From: a virus
Taxonomy: Duplodnaviria; Caudoviricetes
DNA length: 55,705 nt
IMG/VR virus record: IMGVR_UViG_3300042862_000096
Location: 1-55,705 of that record
Reading direction: 5' to 3' (one strand)
The position numbers and the translations under genes were made by a program. The notes under the pieces are model-generated. The model did not search any database. It was not told the origin of the DNA and worked only from the letters and a program-made list of their open reading frames with translations. This document shows, piece by piece, positions 1-8,975 of this stretch (positions are counted from its first letter, which is position 1; each line of letters begins with the position of its first letter).

Positions 1-19
1 CTTTTGTTAATTACACCCC
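1..19. repeat. Terminal overlap (circular assembly), identical to 55687-55705
   Basis: CTTTTGTTAATTACACCCC occurs at both ends; an ORF reads in frame across the junction. Confidence 0.95.
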
Positions 20-566
20 TGACCCTAATCAAGTCATTGGCGCTCATAGGAAATACGCTGACCCTTTGATGGAGTCTTTGCTGATCTACGCTTTACCTAT
101 AGTTAAAAAAAATACAGGGTTGCAACTTTTCCCGACCTATTCTGTTTATCGAACCTATGGCTCTGGGGATAAACTTGACCGCCATAAAGACAGACCAAGT
201 TGCGAAATAAGCATTTCGTTATGTTTAGGCTATAACTATGAAAATTCTGACCCTAATTATCGTTGGGGGTTAAATGTTGGAAACGAGGAGTTTTTTATGG
301 AAGTGGGAGATATGGTTATATACAGAGGTCTAGAGGTAGACCATTGGCGAGAACCTTTAGAAGGGGAGCAGGGGACTTGGCAAGTACAAGCCTTCTTGCA
401 TTACGTAAACGCTGAAGGTTTATATTGGCCTTTGAAATATGATGGAAAACCTTATTTAGGTTTGCCTGAAAAGTATATAAATAATGATTTACATGGCGCG
501 GCAGCCTCTATTTCACAAAGAAATTATACCGTTCCGTCTTTTTTTAACTTAATAAAGGAGAAATAA
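1..566 (+). CDS. 2OG-Fe(II) oxygenase-like protein (3' part; true start at 55581 across the circular junction)
   Basis: HKD...H facial-triad motif (LDRHKDRPSCEIS...HWREP...FLHY); frame continuous with MKSNIELF... starting at 55581. Confidence 0.8.
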   Translation, partial: FVNYTPDPNQVIGAHRKYADPLMESLLIYALPIVKKNTGLQLFPTYSVYRTYGSGDKLDRHKDRPSCEISISLCLGYNYENSDPNYRWGLNVGNEEFFMEVGDMVIYRGLEVDHWREPLEGEQGTWQVQAFLHYVNAEGLYWPLKYDGKPYLGLPEKYINNDLHGAAASISQRNYTVPSFFNLIKEK

Positions 567-1174
567 TGCAATACATATACGGCGCAGATGTAGAACCTAC
601 AAAAATAATCGCTGGCGCTGTTTATATTTATGAAGGGGCTTGTGATAATTGGGAAACTATAATTAGCAGTATAGAAAAAGAAGTTGAAAATAAAGACTCT
701 GGGATATATTTCGAACCAGCCTCCACCCTTGATGGCAACACCCAAGGGCTCCGTAAAAATAAAATTATGTCTATTACAAGTTTCGCGAATAGAAAAAATG
801 AAACTTGTAGGCAAGTACATAATTACGTTGGCCTATTATTAAATGAACATCTTAAATCTTATTCTAAAGCATTCGAATGTAATTTCGGCGATCATGAAGG
901 TTATGGACTTTTGAAATATGAAGGGGCTACGTCAGATCATTATGATGCTCATTATGACGGGGGTCCAAATAATGGAAGATGGATTTCTGCCATACTCTAT
1001 TTGAATAATAATTATGAAGGTGGAGAATTAGAGTTCGTGGCTTTCAATGAAAAATATAAACCGAAAGCAGGAACTTTAGTTATATTTCCCTCTAATTACG
1101 CTTATCGTCACATCGCCCACTCAGTAACGAAAGGCACTAAATACGCAATAGTAACTTGGATAACTGGAAGTTAA
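566..1174 (+). CDS. 2OG-Fe(II) oxygenase, prolyl-hydroxylase-like
   Basis: HYD, ILYLNNNYEGGELEF, FPSNYAYRH, VTKGTKYAIVTW motifs. Confidence 0.88.
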   Translation: MQYIYGADVEPTKIIAGAVYIYEGACDNWETIISSIEKEVENKDSGIYFEPASTLDGNTQGLRKNKIMSITSFANRKNETCRQVHNYVGLLLNEHLKSYSKAFECNFGDHEGYGLLKYEGATSDHYDAHYDGGPNNGRWISAILYLNNNYEGGELEFVAFNEKYKPKAGTLVIFPSNYAYRHIAHSVTKGTKYAIVTWITGS

Positions 1175-1876
1175 TCAATCGAAAGATTTACTACTCCAAA
1201 AAAATTTTTTGTAACCTTCATAAAAAACCGTTTTAAGTTTGCTTAAATTTTTTACAACTTGCTGCTGGTCTATTTGGTCTCCTTTTTGCATTTGCCACTC
1301 ATCTCTCTTAAATGGAATAATCTGAACTAAAGGCGTGCCAGCAGGTATTATTCCTTCGAAATTTGAGTCTTTCAAAATAAAAGGAAAGTTTACTGGGTTT
1401 ACATACTCATCAGTATCAACAATTCCTTCAAAGATATTAAAATATGAGTTACTTCCATGTACAGGGTTTATGAATAAACAAGAATAACCTTTCGGAGTTT
1501 TAATTGACCATGGGTTTAGAAATTTAGGAACGCCTAATCCGTTGCTTGCGTAAGGGTGATTTACTAATTGCCGTTTATGGTGGAAATCGAAAGAAAAATT
1601 ATTACTGGCTTGTGAAACAACAAGTCCATCTGTTGTCTTCTCAATTGAAATTTCTTCATGAGTTACGATTACATACCCGCTAGTTAAAGCATCAAAAACT
1701 GGCATGCATTTTTTTATAGTAGAGGTTTTGTCTCCATTTATTATTTCTTTTGGTTTATCAGAAAAGTAAGGCTTTTGATTTTTGTACCAATCAGGTAAAA
1801 CTTTTTTACTTGGCTTCGGGTGATATTCAAGTTCGATATGAAAATTACCCACTTGAGTAAAAGTAATTTTGTGCAT
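1175..1876 (-). CDS. Conserved phage hypothetical protein, paralog of 17363-18031
   Basis: Shared motifs PDWYK, IKxC.P..D.LT.GY, G.IP.GTP..Q.IP..R..W. Confidence 0.75.
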   Translation of the reverse strand: MHKITFTQVGNFHIELEYHPKPSKKVLPDWYKNQKPYFSDKPKEIINGDKTSTIKKCMPVFDALTSGYVIVTHEEISIEKTTDGLVVSQASNNFSFDFHHKRQLVNHPYASNGLGVPKFLNPWSIKTPKGYSCLFINPVHGSNSYFNIFEGIVDTDEYVNPVNFPFILKDSNFEGIIPAGTPLVQIIPFKRDEWQMQKGDQIDQQQVVKNLSKLKTVFYEGYKKFFWSSKSFD

Positions 1877-1890
1877 GCGGCAATATTATA

Positions 1891-2208
1891 CTATTCAGCA
1901 ACCTGCCAAGTCTTATCAGCCTCGTTCCAAACTGTGTAAGCAATTCGGTTCACCTCATCTATCGGTGGGGGAGCGACTGGGGGTAGCCACTGTTTAATTG
2001 TGCTGTCCCATGTCCATGAAGGATAAGGTTGAATTTTCTCTTCTATTTCTTGATTATGGTTAACACCTTCATACTCAGTCAATTTCCGACCTTCAGTGCC
2101 TCCATGTAATTCTACAAATTGATTTATTTCCCCTGTTGAGGGTTCATGATCGAAATGAATAGCGTTTAATACTTTTCCGTCTTTCAATATCGCTACTATG
2201 GAGTCCAT
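1891..2208 (-). CDS. Hypothetical protein, fibre-associated
   Basis: QPYPSWTW...W.PPV motif; lies directly downstream of the glycine-rich fibre gene. Confidence 0.6.
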   Translation of the reverse strand: MDSIVAILKDGKVLNAIHFDHEPSTGEINQFVELHGGTEGRKLTEYEGVNHNQEIEEKIQPYPSWTWDSTIKQWLPPVAPPPIDEVNRIAYTVWNEADKTWQVAE

Positions 2209-3089
2209 TTAAGCACCAATATCTTTCCGGCTTCTCCTGCGGTAACTTGTACGAAAGTCGGGTTGCCTCTTCCACCTTGACCGCCCCTACCAGCCTCAAG
2301 TTTTGTTCTAGTTGCAGGATTATATACATTTGTGGCAGGGTCTCCTGTAGGCGTTCCCGCAGCACCAGTCGTAGCACCAACATTATCCGAGCCCCCACTG
2401 CCACCAACGCCTCCGTTTGCTGTTAATGAAAAACCTGTAGATGTTCCTCCAGTTCCTCCAACGCCTCCTGCTCCTGGCGATGTACCATTATTTCCTATTA
2501 CGCCTCCTGCACCTGCAGTTAAACTATAAGTTCCTGTTAATGCTATAGCAGTGTTGTTGTGAGCAACTCCTCCAACTCCACCATTTCCGCCTTGTCCGAT
2601 ACCAGCCCAACCGCCTTGTCCGCCACCGCCACCGCCACCGCCAACTACGACTACATGTGCGTATTGGCCAGCAGTGTAATTACCTGCGGTGCCGCCTGAT
2701 GTTTCATAATTTCCGCTAGATAATCTAGATAGAGTTATTGTTCCGCCATCAGCAGTAATTTTTGGATTTACTTTGTTGATTGTTAAGTCACTAGATGTGG
2801 ATGCTTGCGCTGTCCAACGCCCGATCGCAGAAGCAATAGTCGTATTTCCAGATGCCGTAGTAACAGCAATTTCTGCGAGTAAAGCATCATTAGTTCCATA
2901 TACGAACACAGTAACAGTTCCAGTAGAGCAAACAAGAGAATAAGTTCCTGCTTCGTTGAAAGACGAATCTAGCCATTCATAGGTTGTACCTACTTCAAAA
3001 ATTTCAGCATTCAACGCCCTAGTGTTTATACTCTCTTGGATAGTAACAAGCGGGTTGATAAAATTACTTCCGTTTTGAGCAACAGCCAT
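2196..3089 (-). CDS. Glycine-rich virion fibre / receptor-binding-like protein
   Basis: VVGGGGGGGG and GxGGxGG repeats in the C-terminal half. Confidence 0.65.
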   Translation of the reverse strand: MAVAQNGSNFINPLVTIQESINTRALNAEIFEVGTTYEWLDSSFNEAGTYSLVCSTGTVTVFVYGTNDALLAEIAVTTASGNTTIASAIGRWTAQASTSSDLTINKVNPKITADGGTITLSRLSSGNYETSGGTAGNYTAGQYAHVVVVGGGGGGGGQGGWAGIGQGGNGGVGGVAHNNTAIALTGTYSLTAGAGGVIGNNGTSPGAGGVGGTGGTSTGFSLTANGGVGGSGGSDNVGATTGAAGTPTGDPATNVYNPATRTKLEAGRGGQGGRGNPTFVQVTAGEAGKILVLKWTP

Positions 3090-3415
3090 TAGGCGATCTC
3101 ACTTCCGAAGGCGTTAAATGATTGACTTGCTGAAGAAGCATAAACAGTAATTACATCCGCTGCATTTAGAGTGGCGCCAATAGTATAAGAGTGATTAGCG
3201 TTCGCTGGTAACGCAACATCATAAGCAATATAGTGTTTAGCGGCCAAACTCTCACCATCAGGGCGAATAGCAATTCGATAAGACCCTGCTGTTGTTTGGT
3301 TACATACAGTAATAGTTGATATTACAGTTTCAGTTGCTGAAGGTACTGTGTAAAGAGTAGTAGCCGTTGTTGCGCTTGGATTTGATTGTCCGAGCACTTT
3401 GTAAGTAGTTGCCAT
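3089..3415 (-). CDS. Small virion protein, paralog of 54713-55018 and 55018-55320
   Basis: Shared TLYTVP..T.TV...I.V.N motif and terminal GxEI. Confidence 0.65.
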   Translation of the reverse strand: MATTYKVLGQSNPSATTATTLYTVPSATETVISTITVCNQTTAGSYRIAIRPDGESLAAKHYIAYDVALPANANHSYTIGATLNAADVITVYASSASQSFNAFGSEIA

Positions 3416-3418
3416 GGT

Positions 3419-4096
3419 TTAGCCTCCTATGAATAAGAACGAGTTTAGCACGCCAGTAGTTAAAGATTGTGCTGTAACTAGGCTTGCCGACGAGGAAATT
3501 GACGCGTTTTCAGTTTGGGTTTGGTAGGTATTGAAAAAACTTGGAACTGTGGTCCAAGTAATAGTAGTTAATGCGGTATAAGTGGCTGCTCGGGCATTTA
3601 AGGCAGTATAAGAAGCATTGCCGTATTCAAAGTATTGATATCGACCACTAAATACATAACTTGAGAGTGCTTGGTTTATTTGTCCATCTAAGACATCTAT
3701 GTTGGCTGTAAGAACTCCGAATAGAGAATCTGAAACTAATCCTACATAAGTTTCAGCAGTTATTGCAGGACTTATGTCTGCTAAGTTAAGAGTTCCAGCG
3801 GTTGTGTAGGGCAAACTAATTGTATAAGTCCTGCCTTTGGGAAAGGCTTCTTCGACTGTAATTGTATAGGGAATTGGGACAAGGTCTGGGTCATTGGTAG
3901 CAGGAAGAGTTGTGCTAAAAGAGCCATTAGCATCTAAAGTAACTGACTTAGTAGAAGGAACTATCATTTGATTATCTGTACCATTTTGAATTAAATCACT
4001 CAAAGTAAATTTAACTTGCCCACTAATAGCAGCACCAGTATAATCAACGAAGTTTCCTGCTACTGCAACAGTAGTTATTGCTGCACCCAAAGCCAT
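3419..4096 (-). CDS. Putative minor virion protein, paralog of 4289-4828
   Basis: Shared LD.NG.F..TLP.TND.D..P.P..Y.I.E motif. Confidence 0.6.
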   Translation of the reverse strand: MALGAAITTVAVAGNFVDYTGAAISGQVKFTLSDLIQNGTDNQMIVPSTKSVTLDANGSFSTTLPATNDPDLVPIPYTITVEEAFPKGRTYTISLPYTTAGTLNLADISPAITAETYVGLVSDSLFGVLTANIDVLDGQINQALSSYVFSGRYQYFEYGNASYTALNARAATYTALTTITWTTVPSFFNTYQTQTENASISSSASLVTAQSLTTGVLNSFLFIGG

Positions 4097-4287
4097 TACC
4101 CAACACCTCCTAAAAATGGATTAGCAACTAAAGGTGCAAGTGCTTGTATTGCTGCTAAATCGCTGATTACATCTGCGCTTGCAACATTTATAGCAGTTGA
4201 AATAGTTCCACCAATATTAGTCACTGGTGTTATTCCGTCCATAATTGCGTCATAAGTTGTAAATGTTGCGATTGCTACATTAGCCAT
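4096..4287 (-). CDS. Small hypothetical virion protein
   Basis: Tightly packed in the operon; C-terminal NPFLGG resembles neighbouring C-termini. Confidence 0.55.
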   Translation of the reverse strand: MANVAIATFTTYDAIMDGITPVTNIGGTISTAINVASADVISDLAAIQALAPLVANPFLGGVG

Positions 4288-4288
4288 T

Positions 4289-4828
4289 TTATAGTCCCAT
4301 CAATAAATAAGGGCTTAAAGATACTTTTTGTATATTTCCTACTTCATTACTTGCTAGCGTGGCATTAGCCGTAGCGGTATCGGCAATAGTTTCTGCACTA
4401 TCTAAAGTAGAAAAGGTTCCGTTAGCACCATTATATTTTGCTAAAAGAGTATTATATTGAGTAGTTGTTACGAAACCTGCTGCTTCAGAACTGCTTACTG
4501 CTTCAGATAAGTCAGATAAGTCATAGGTGGCTGTTCCTGAAGGTAGAGTAACAAAGAAGTCTCGCCCACCACCAAAAATCTCTTCTATTCTATAAGCGAT
4601 AGGGTTAGGCGTATAATCTGTATCGTTAGTTACTGGCAAGGTTACAGTAAAAGCACCATTGCCGTCTAAAACTTTAGTTATGGCTTGTCCTACTACTATT
4701 TGATTTTGGTCAGTATCTATAACATTACATATAGGAGTAAAACGAATTAAACCAACTTGCGCTGCGCCAGTAATATCGACGTAAGTTCCGTTTAATACAC
4801 AGGTAGAGATGTCGCCACTTAAAGCCAC
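4289..4828 (-). CDS. Putative minor virion protein
   Basis: AGGAG RBS; paralog of 3419-4096. Confidence 0.6.
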   Translation of the reverse strand: MALSGDISTCVLNGTYVDITGAAQVGLIRFTPICNVIDTDQNQIVVGQAITKVLDGNGAFTVTLPVTNDTDYTPNPIAYRIEEIFGGGRDFFVTLPSGTATYDLSDLSEAVSSSEAAGFVTTTQYNTLLAKYNGANGTFSTLDSAETIADTATANATLASNEVGNIQKVSLSPYLLMGL

Positions 4829-4837
4829 TTTGAACTC

Positions 4838-5047
4838 CTAACCCATTAACAAAAAGGAATCAAATCCTCCTGCTGCTGCTGATGCCCATTTTACTCCGCC
4901 TGACTCATTAGAATCTGCTGTGAGGACTGTGCCGTTTGCGCCAACGCTTAATTTCGCTACGGTGTTATCGGCTGTAGCAACAAACATATCACCCTTGCTA
5001 TCTACAAGAACTTGAGGAACTGGATACTGAATAATCGAAATAGCCAT
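4838..5047 (-). CDS. Small fibre-repeat protein
   Basis: KGD.FVATADNTVAKL.VG.NG.VLTADS...G.KW, a phage fibre repeat. Confidence 0.6.
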   Translation of the reverse strand: MAISIIQYPVPQVLVDSKGDMFVATADNTVAKLSVGANGTVLTADSNESGGVKWASAAAGGFDSFLLMG

Positions 5048-5049
5048 GA

Positions 5050-5322
5050 TTAAACTCCTTGTCGGATAACGCCAACTGTTTGAGTGCTTGAAGCGACTAC
5101 GCCATAAATACCTTCGCCGTCTTGTAATTCAATAGCGAAAGCGGTTCCTGCTAAAAGTAAAAAGCCATAAGAGGCTGTGGTAACACCTGTACCACCGATA
5201 TAAACACTTTGCCCATTGGTTGGGTTCTGTACTAAAACTGTTTGTCCATCTCGACCTGCGCCTGTGGCAGAAAGTAAGGTAGCAGTAGTACCTACTGAAA
5301 CTTGTGCGTGAGTTAATGCCAT
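5050..5322 (-). CDS. Hypothetical virion protein
   Basis: AAGGAG RBS; beta-rich composition; late operon position. Confidence 0.6.
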   Translation of the reverse strand: MALTHAQVSVGTTATLLSATGAGRDGQTVLVQNPTNGQSVYIGGTGVTTASYGFLLLAGTAFAIELQDGEGIYGVVASSTQTVGVIRQGV

Positions 5323-5393
5323 AGTTGCTCCTTTAGGAAAGAGCGATACTTCATTTCTGAAGTACCACCCTTTCTAAATAATTAAGTAAATCT

Positions 5394-5792
5394 TTAGGCT
5401 ATACGGTAAATTGATACTGTCGTTGGGGCAGTTACAACTACTTCCCAGCGAGATGCTTGTCCAGCAGTCGCGGCAGTTGTTGCAAGTCCTACGATTGTTA
5501 CACCAGTTCCACCAGCCAAAGTAGCAACGTATGCTGCTAAGTTGATATAACTGAATTTAACGCTTGTTCCTACAACTGCACCTAGTTCTGCAATAAGAGC
5601 AGCAGCAGTTGGTGTTGTAATAGTTCTTGCTGTTGTAAGAGTTGCAGTATTAATACCACCAAGAATACCTGCTGTTGTAAGTACCATTGAGGTACCATCA
5701 GCGATATTTGTTACTGACCTAAGTTGCTTTAATTGACTTTTAACAGTAAGTCCGCCAACAACCGCATTACCTCGCGTAATTTGATTAAACAT
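5394..5792 (-). CDS. Hypothetical virion protein (possible head decoration/fibre)
   Basis: Immediately after MCP; AAGGAG RBS; Thr/Ala-rich. Confidence 0.55.
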   Translation of the reverse strand: MFNQITRGNAVVGGLTVKSQLKQLRSVTNIADGTSMVLTTAGILGGINTATLTTARTITTPTAAALIAELGAVVGTSVKFSYINLAAYVATLAGGTGVTIVGLATTAATAGQASRWEVVVTAPTTVSIYRIA

Positions 5793-5811
5793 ATTTCTCC
5801 TTATTTTGGAG

Positions 5812-5838
5812 AGGGAGAGGGTTTTAGTCCCCCTCCCT
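5812..5838 (-). terminator. GC-rich hairpin after MCP (terminator/attenuator or stabiliser)
   Basis: AGGGAGGGGG-ACTAAAA-CCCTCTCCCT, 10-bp stem with one G-U on the minus strand; no U-tract. Confidence 0.55.
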
Positions 5839-5849
5839 ACTCAATTTAA

Positions 5850-6827
5850 TTAAGCGACTACTGAATCCCAGAACCAACCTAGATCAGAAGCAATAACTTT
5901 ATTGTCAAAAGCCATTTCTCCTTCAATACGGTCTGCCTTGAGAGATTCCATACGGAATGAACTTACGCCGATTGTTGAACCGATACCGCCTGATACGCCT
6001 GTCCATGAGAAAGAGTATCCAGCAGAAGGAGTCAACAAGCCTGGTGTTGGAGCAACATAAGCAAGAAGGGCTTTCTTTCCAGAAGTAAATGAATACGCCT
6101 GTGAAGCACCTTCGTTGTTTGTAGCCTTAACACCTTTAGAGATGATAACGCGAGGAATATCAAACATTGCTGCCAACATATCAGCAGTAATAGTCTGTGC
6201 AGATGTGTACTTGATACGATCTACGATATCAGGGTGATTCTTTAGTGCACGGAATACATCGTATCCCAATACTAAAGTGTTTGGTTCCATACCAGTTGTT
6301 GAAAGAATACCTGCCTTAGCGTCTTCGATATCATCAATTGGGTCTGAAGCAGCATAGTCTGACCATTGCTTTACTTCGTTTGATGAAGGAGAACCTGAAA
6401 CGCCATCATAATCGTTAGCCCAGATACCGCCAGCAAAGAAGTCTGTGTTCCATTGGATTTCTTTACGAAGCATTAAACGACGAGTTACAAACTCTGTTGC
6501 CTCGCGTAGTGGATTCAATGGTGCATCTGCGTTAGCAACAGTCTGATCATCTACGTCCTTATGGAACGCAAATACATCTGCACTGTAGTTACCAGTTGAT
6601 AGACCATAACCTCCACCAGCAGATTCAGTTCCACCTGCTCGGCGTTGAGCCTCGTCACGGAACCAATCGTTCTTGGTGTAGGTAAAGAATTTGTCAGACT
6701 TCTTGTCCACAGGAATTACTGGGAACACCTTGTCTGCAATAAAGTTGTCTTGATTTTGTAGATATGCTACTGAAATGTTTGTCAGAATCGCATCTACGTG
6801 AACTGAGTTAATACTTGGTTGTGGCAT
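5850..6827 (-). CDS. Major capsid protein (HK97 fold)
   Basis: VD.ILTNISVAY.Q...FIADKVFPVIPV; SDPI.DI; PNTLVLG; size and position after scaffold and cement genes. Confidence 0.88.
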   Translation of the reverse strand: MPQPSINSVHVDAILTNISVAYLQNQDNFIADKVFPVIPVDKKSDKFFTYTKNDWFRDEAQRRAGGTESAGGGYGLSTGNYSADVFAFHKDVDDQTVANADAPLNPLREATEFVTRRLMLRKEIQWNTDFFAGGIWANDYDGVSGSPSSNEVKQWSDYAASDPIDDIEDAKAGILSTTGMEPNTLVLGYDVFRALKNHPDIVDRIKYTSAQTITADMLAAMFDIPRVIISKGVKATNNEGASQAYSFTSGKKALLAYVAPTPGLLTPSAGYSFSWTGVSGGIGSTIGVSSFRMESLKADRIEGEMAFDNKVIASDLGWFWDSVVA

Positions 6828-6838
6828 GAGTTGGCTCC

Positions 6839-7228
6839 TTAGTTGGCTCTAGTTGGGTTAGCACAGTTAATTACCGCTGTGATTACGTCATTACTTGCGC
6901 CACCTGAGATAGCGGTTCCAACAACATACTTAGTTGTATCTGTCGTAGCAAGAACGCTTGCTTTTGCTGCGGAAGTTACACCTAGTATGTCACCGATAGC
7001 AATAGTTGCTCCAGCGACTAACTTAGTTCCACCAACGATAAGAATTTCTGCTTCTTGTCCTGATGTTGGGGCGTTCTGCAATACACCGATTGGAATATCG
7101 GTTGCTGCTGAACAAGTAACAACTGTGTCAGTTGTACTCAATTTAACAAAAGTATATTGAAGGGCTGATAAATCGGCTCCTGCAACTCTTGTAATTTTTA
7201 CTGAATAATTACTAAATTCAAATGCCAT
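6839..7228 (-). CDS. Capsid cement/decoration protein (DUF2190-like)
   Basis: AGADLS..QY.FVKL...PIGVLQNAP..G..A.I...G..K..AG; position directly before MCP. Confidence 0.7.
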   Translation of the reverse strand: MAFEFSNYSVKITRVAGADLSALQYTFVKLSTTDTVVTCSAATDIPIGVLQNAPTSGQEAEILIVGGTKLVAGATIAIGDILGVTSAAKASVLATTDTTKYVVGTAISGGASNDVITAVINCANPTRAN

Positions 7229-7229
7229 T

Positions 7230-8135
7230 TTATTTAGCACCTTTCTCTGTTAGGTATTGGCTGTATAAATCTGGGTTAGCAATAACAGCACTTGAGAAGG
7301 CTTGCTCGAAAGTTACGCCTTTTTTGGTTTCTGTTACTGATTTAGCCAAAGATGTTAATTGGTCATAAGCACTTCCAGATGCTGGATTTACTGACTTACC
7401 AATTTCTGCAAAGATATTCGCTGACTCTGCTTGTGCATTAACTGAAGAAAGTGCTTCTTCAACTGACTTAGCAAGGTCTGAATTAACTTCTGCTAATTGA
7501 CGAAGTGCTGGACCGATTTTTTCAGCATCAAGACCTAAGAACTTCCAAGCCTTTGCTTTCTCGACTGCTTCTTCATCTGCGCGAGCAATTCTTTCTGACT
7601 TTAGAACTAATTCGATTTCTGCTACACGAGTTTGTGCTTCTTTCGCAGACTTCTCCATAGATTCTAACATTTCACGAATTGGCTCTGGTGCTGATTTAAT
7701 AAGTGAAGTAATATCTTCTTTCTTCATCTCATCATCTTCAGGTTTCATCATTTTTGCTAATTTTTTATTAGCCTTGTCTAACTCTTCTTCAAGGTCAGCA
7801 ATTTTTTTCATCATGTCGTCGTAAGACATTTTCTTCTTGTCTTCGTCTTCATACATATTTTTCTTTTTTTCATCTTCGCGCATTGACTTTTGGGTATCGT
7901 CTTCATGCACAGACTTTTGTGTTTCGTCTTGGGCCATAGTTTCCTCCTCAGTACCTTTCTGGTACAGACTTTCATCTGAGTTATTATCTTGTTTGTTTAG
8001 GTCTGAAAGAAGGTCGTCCATGCCAGTCAAATTATCTGACTTGATGACTAACCAACCTTCATGAAGATGAGCAGGGTGGTCAACTCCAGATGCTTCTTCT
8101 ATATTCAAAGAAACCATCTTGCGGGCTTTGGCCAT
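7230..8135 (-). CDS. Capsid scaffolding protein
   Basis: Highly charged coiled coil; N-terminal EEASGVDHPA; C-terminal NPDLY.QY..E; position in head cluster. Confidence 0.7.
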   Translation of the reverse strand: MAKARKMVSLNIEEASGVDHPAHLHEGWLVIKSDNLTGMDDLLSDLNKQDNNSDESLYQKGTEEETMAQDETQKSVHEDDTQKSMREDEKKKNMYEDEDKKKMSYDDMMKKIADLEEELDKANKKLAKMMKPEDDEMKKEDITSLIKSAPEPIREMLESMEKSAKEAQTRVAEIELVLKSERIARADEEAVEKAKAWKFLGLDAEKIGPALRQLAEVNSDLAKSVEEALSSVNAQAESANIFAEIGKSVNPASGSAYDQLTSLAKSVTETKKGVTFEQAFSSAVIANPDLYSQYLTEKGAK

Positions 8136-8218
8136 TCTAACTCCCGTTCATTATAGATAGTTTGACATCGTGCCTCTATCTAACTTCTAAGAATAACACA
8201 CGATAGGGTTTATTTTAT

Positions 8219-8398
8219 CTAGTAGTTGCCCTTATTTCGTGCCGCAGCAATATTCCGTAGTTTCGTGTTTGATGTGTCGAACTTTATCTGCTCATAAACA
8301 TAGCAGTCGGTACAGATTATGATATTTCCCCACTGGGTTCCTGAAAACTTAGGATTGAAGAATCTTTCGCATTTAGGGCAAGTTTTGGCTTTGCTCAT
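8219..8398 (-). CDS. Small Zn-finger protein
   Basis: CPKC...CTDC; ATG overlaps the upstream stop (TAATG). Confidence 0.55.
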   Translation of the reverse strand: MSKAKTCPKCERFFNPKFSGTQWGNIIICTDCYVYEQIKFDTSNTKLRNIAAARNKGNY

Positions 8399-8805
8399 TA
8401 CTTTACTGGTCCTCCGACCACCCAAGCACGACATGTTCTTTTTGCGGCACACTTGAAATCAAAAGCCTCGCAGTATCCTAATTGACCTGCTGCGTCTATA
8501 GAGTCAAACTCATCTTGCCTATCGCCCCCAGTCAAGCCGGAAGAGATACAGTTCTTCATTTCGGGTGTCACGATAAATACTGCACAGTTTCCGCATCTTT
8601 GTTTCTTTGCTACTGCGGTAGTAACATTCCACTCTTCAGCCATCTTTTCCCAATATTCGTTGTTGGGTTCGGCAGGATTTAGTGGTCCATACATTGCCGT
8701 ATCAATAGCATTCTTTCGATTCTTGAGATTAAGTTTAATATCCTGTGTTGGTAATGGGCAATCTTCTTCTGCCTTATTAACTGCAAACTCGTTTAGGTTT
8801 AACAT
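8398..8805 (-). CDS. Cys-rich protein with HiPIP-like cysteine spacing
   Basis: RCGNCAVF...GYCEAF...RTCRAW; likely start at 8805 (TAATG coupling). Confidence 0.55.
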   Translation of the reverse strand: MLNLNEFAVNKAEEDCPLPTQDIKLNLKNRKNAIDTAMYGPLNPAEPNNEYWEKMAEEWNVTTAVAKKQRCGNCAVFIVTPEMKNCISSGLTGGDRQDEFDSIDAAGQLGYCEAFDFKCAAKRTCRAWVVGGPVK

Positions 8806-8975
8806 TAATCCTCGGTTGAATTGCGTAGTGGAAAAGTCGCTACCCATAAAATCATAGAACCGACAATAGCATAACCTACAACAGTTTTGGCGGAGCCATC
8901 AAGAACTACCCAAGCAACAAACATGCCCAGTAATGTCCAGATTTGATTGGCTATATCAGAAAACCATTTCTTCAT
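8805..8975 (-). CDS. 56-aa two-TM membrane protein (not in ORF track)
   Basis: MKKWFSDIANQIWTLLGMFVAWVVLDGSAKTVVGYAIVGSMILWVATFPLRNSTED; TAATG-coupled at both ends. Confidence 0.7.
   Translation of the reverse strand: MKKWFSDIANQIWTLLGMFVAWVVLDGSAKTVVGYAIVGSMILWVATFPLRNSTED

Noticed and set aside
1-19. Biological terminal repeat or att site
   Set aside because: Falls mid-gene with in-frame continuity; typical assembler overlap
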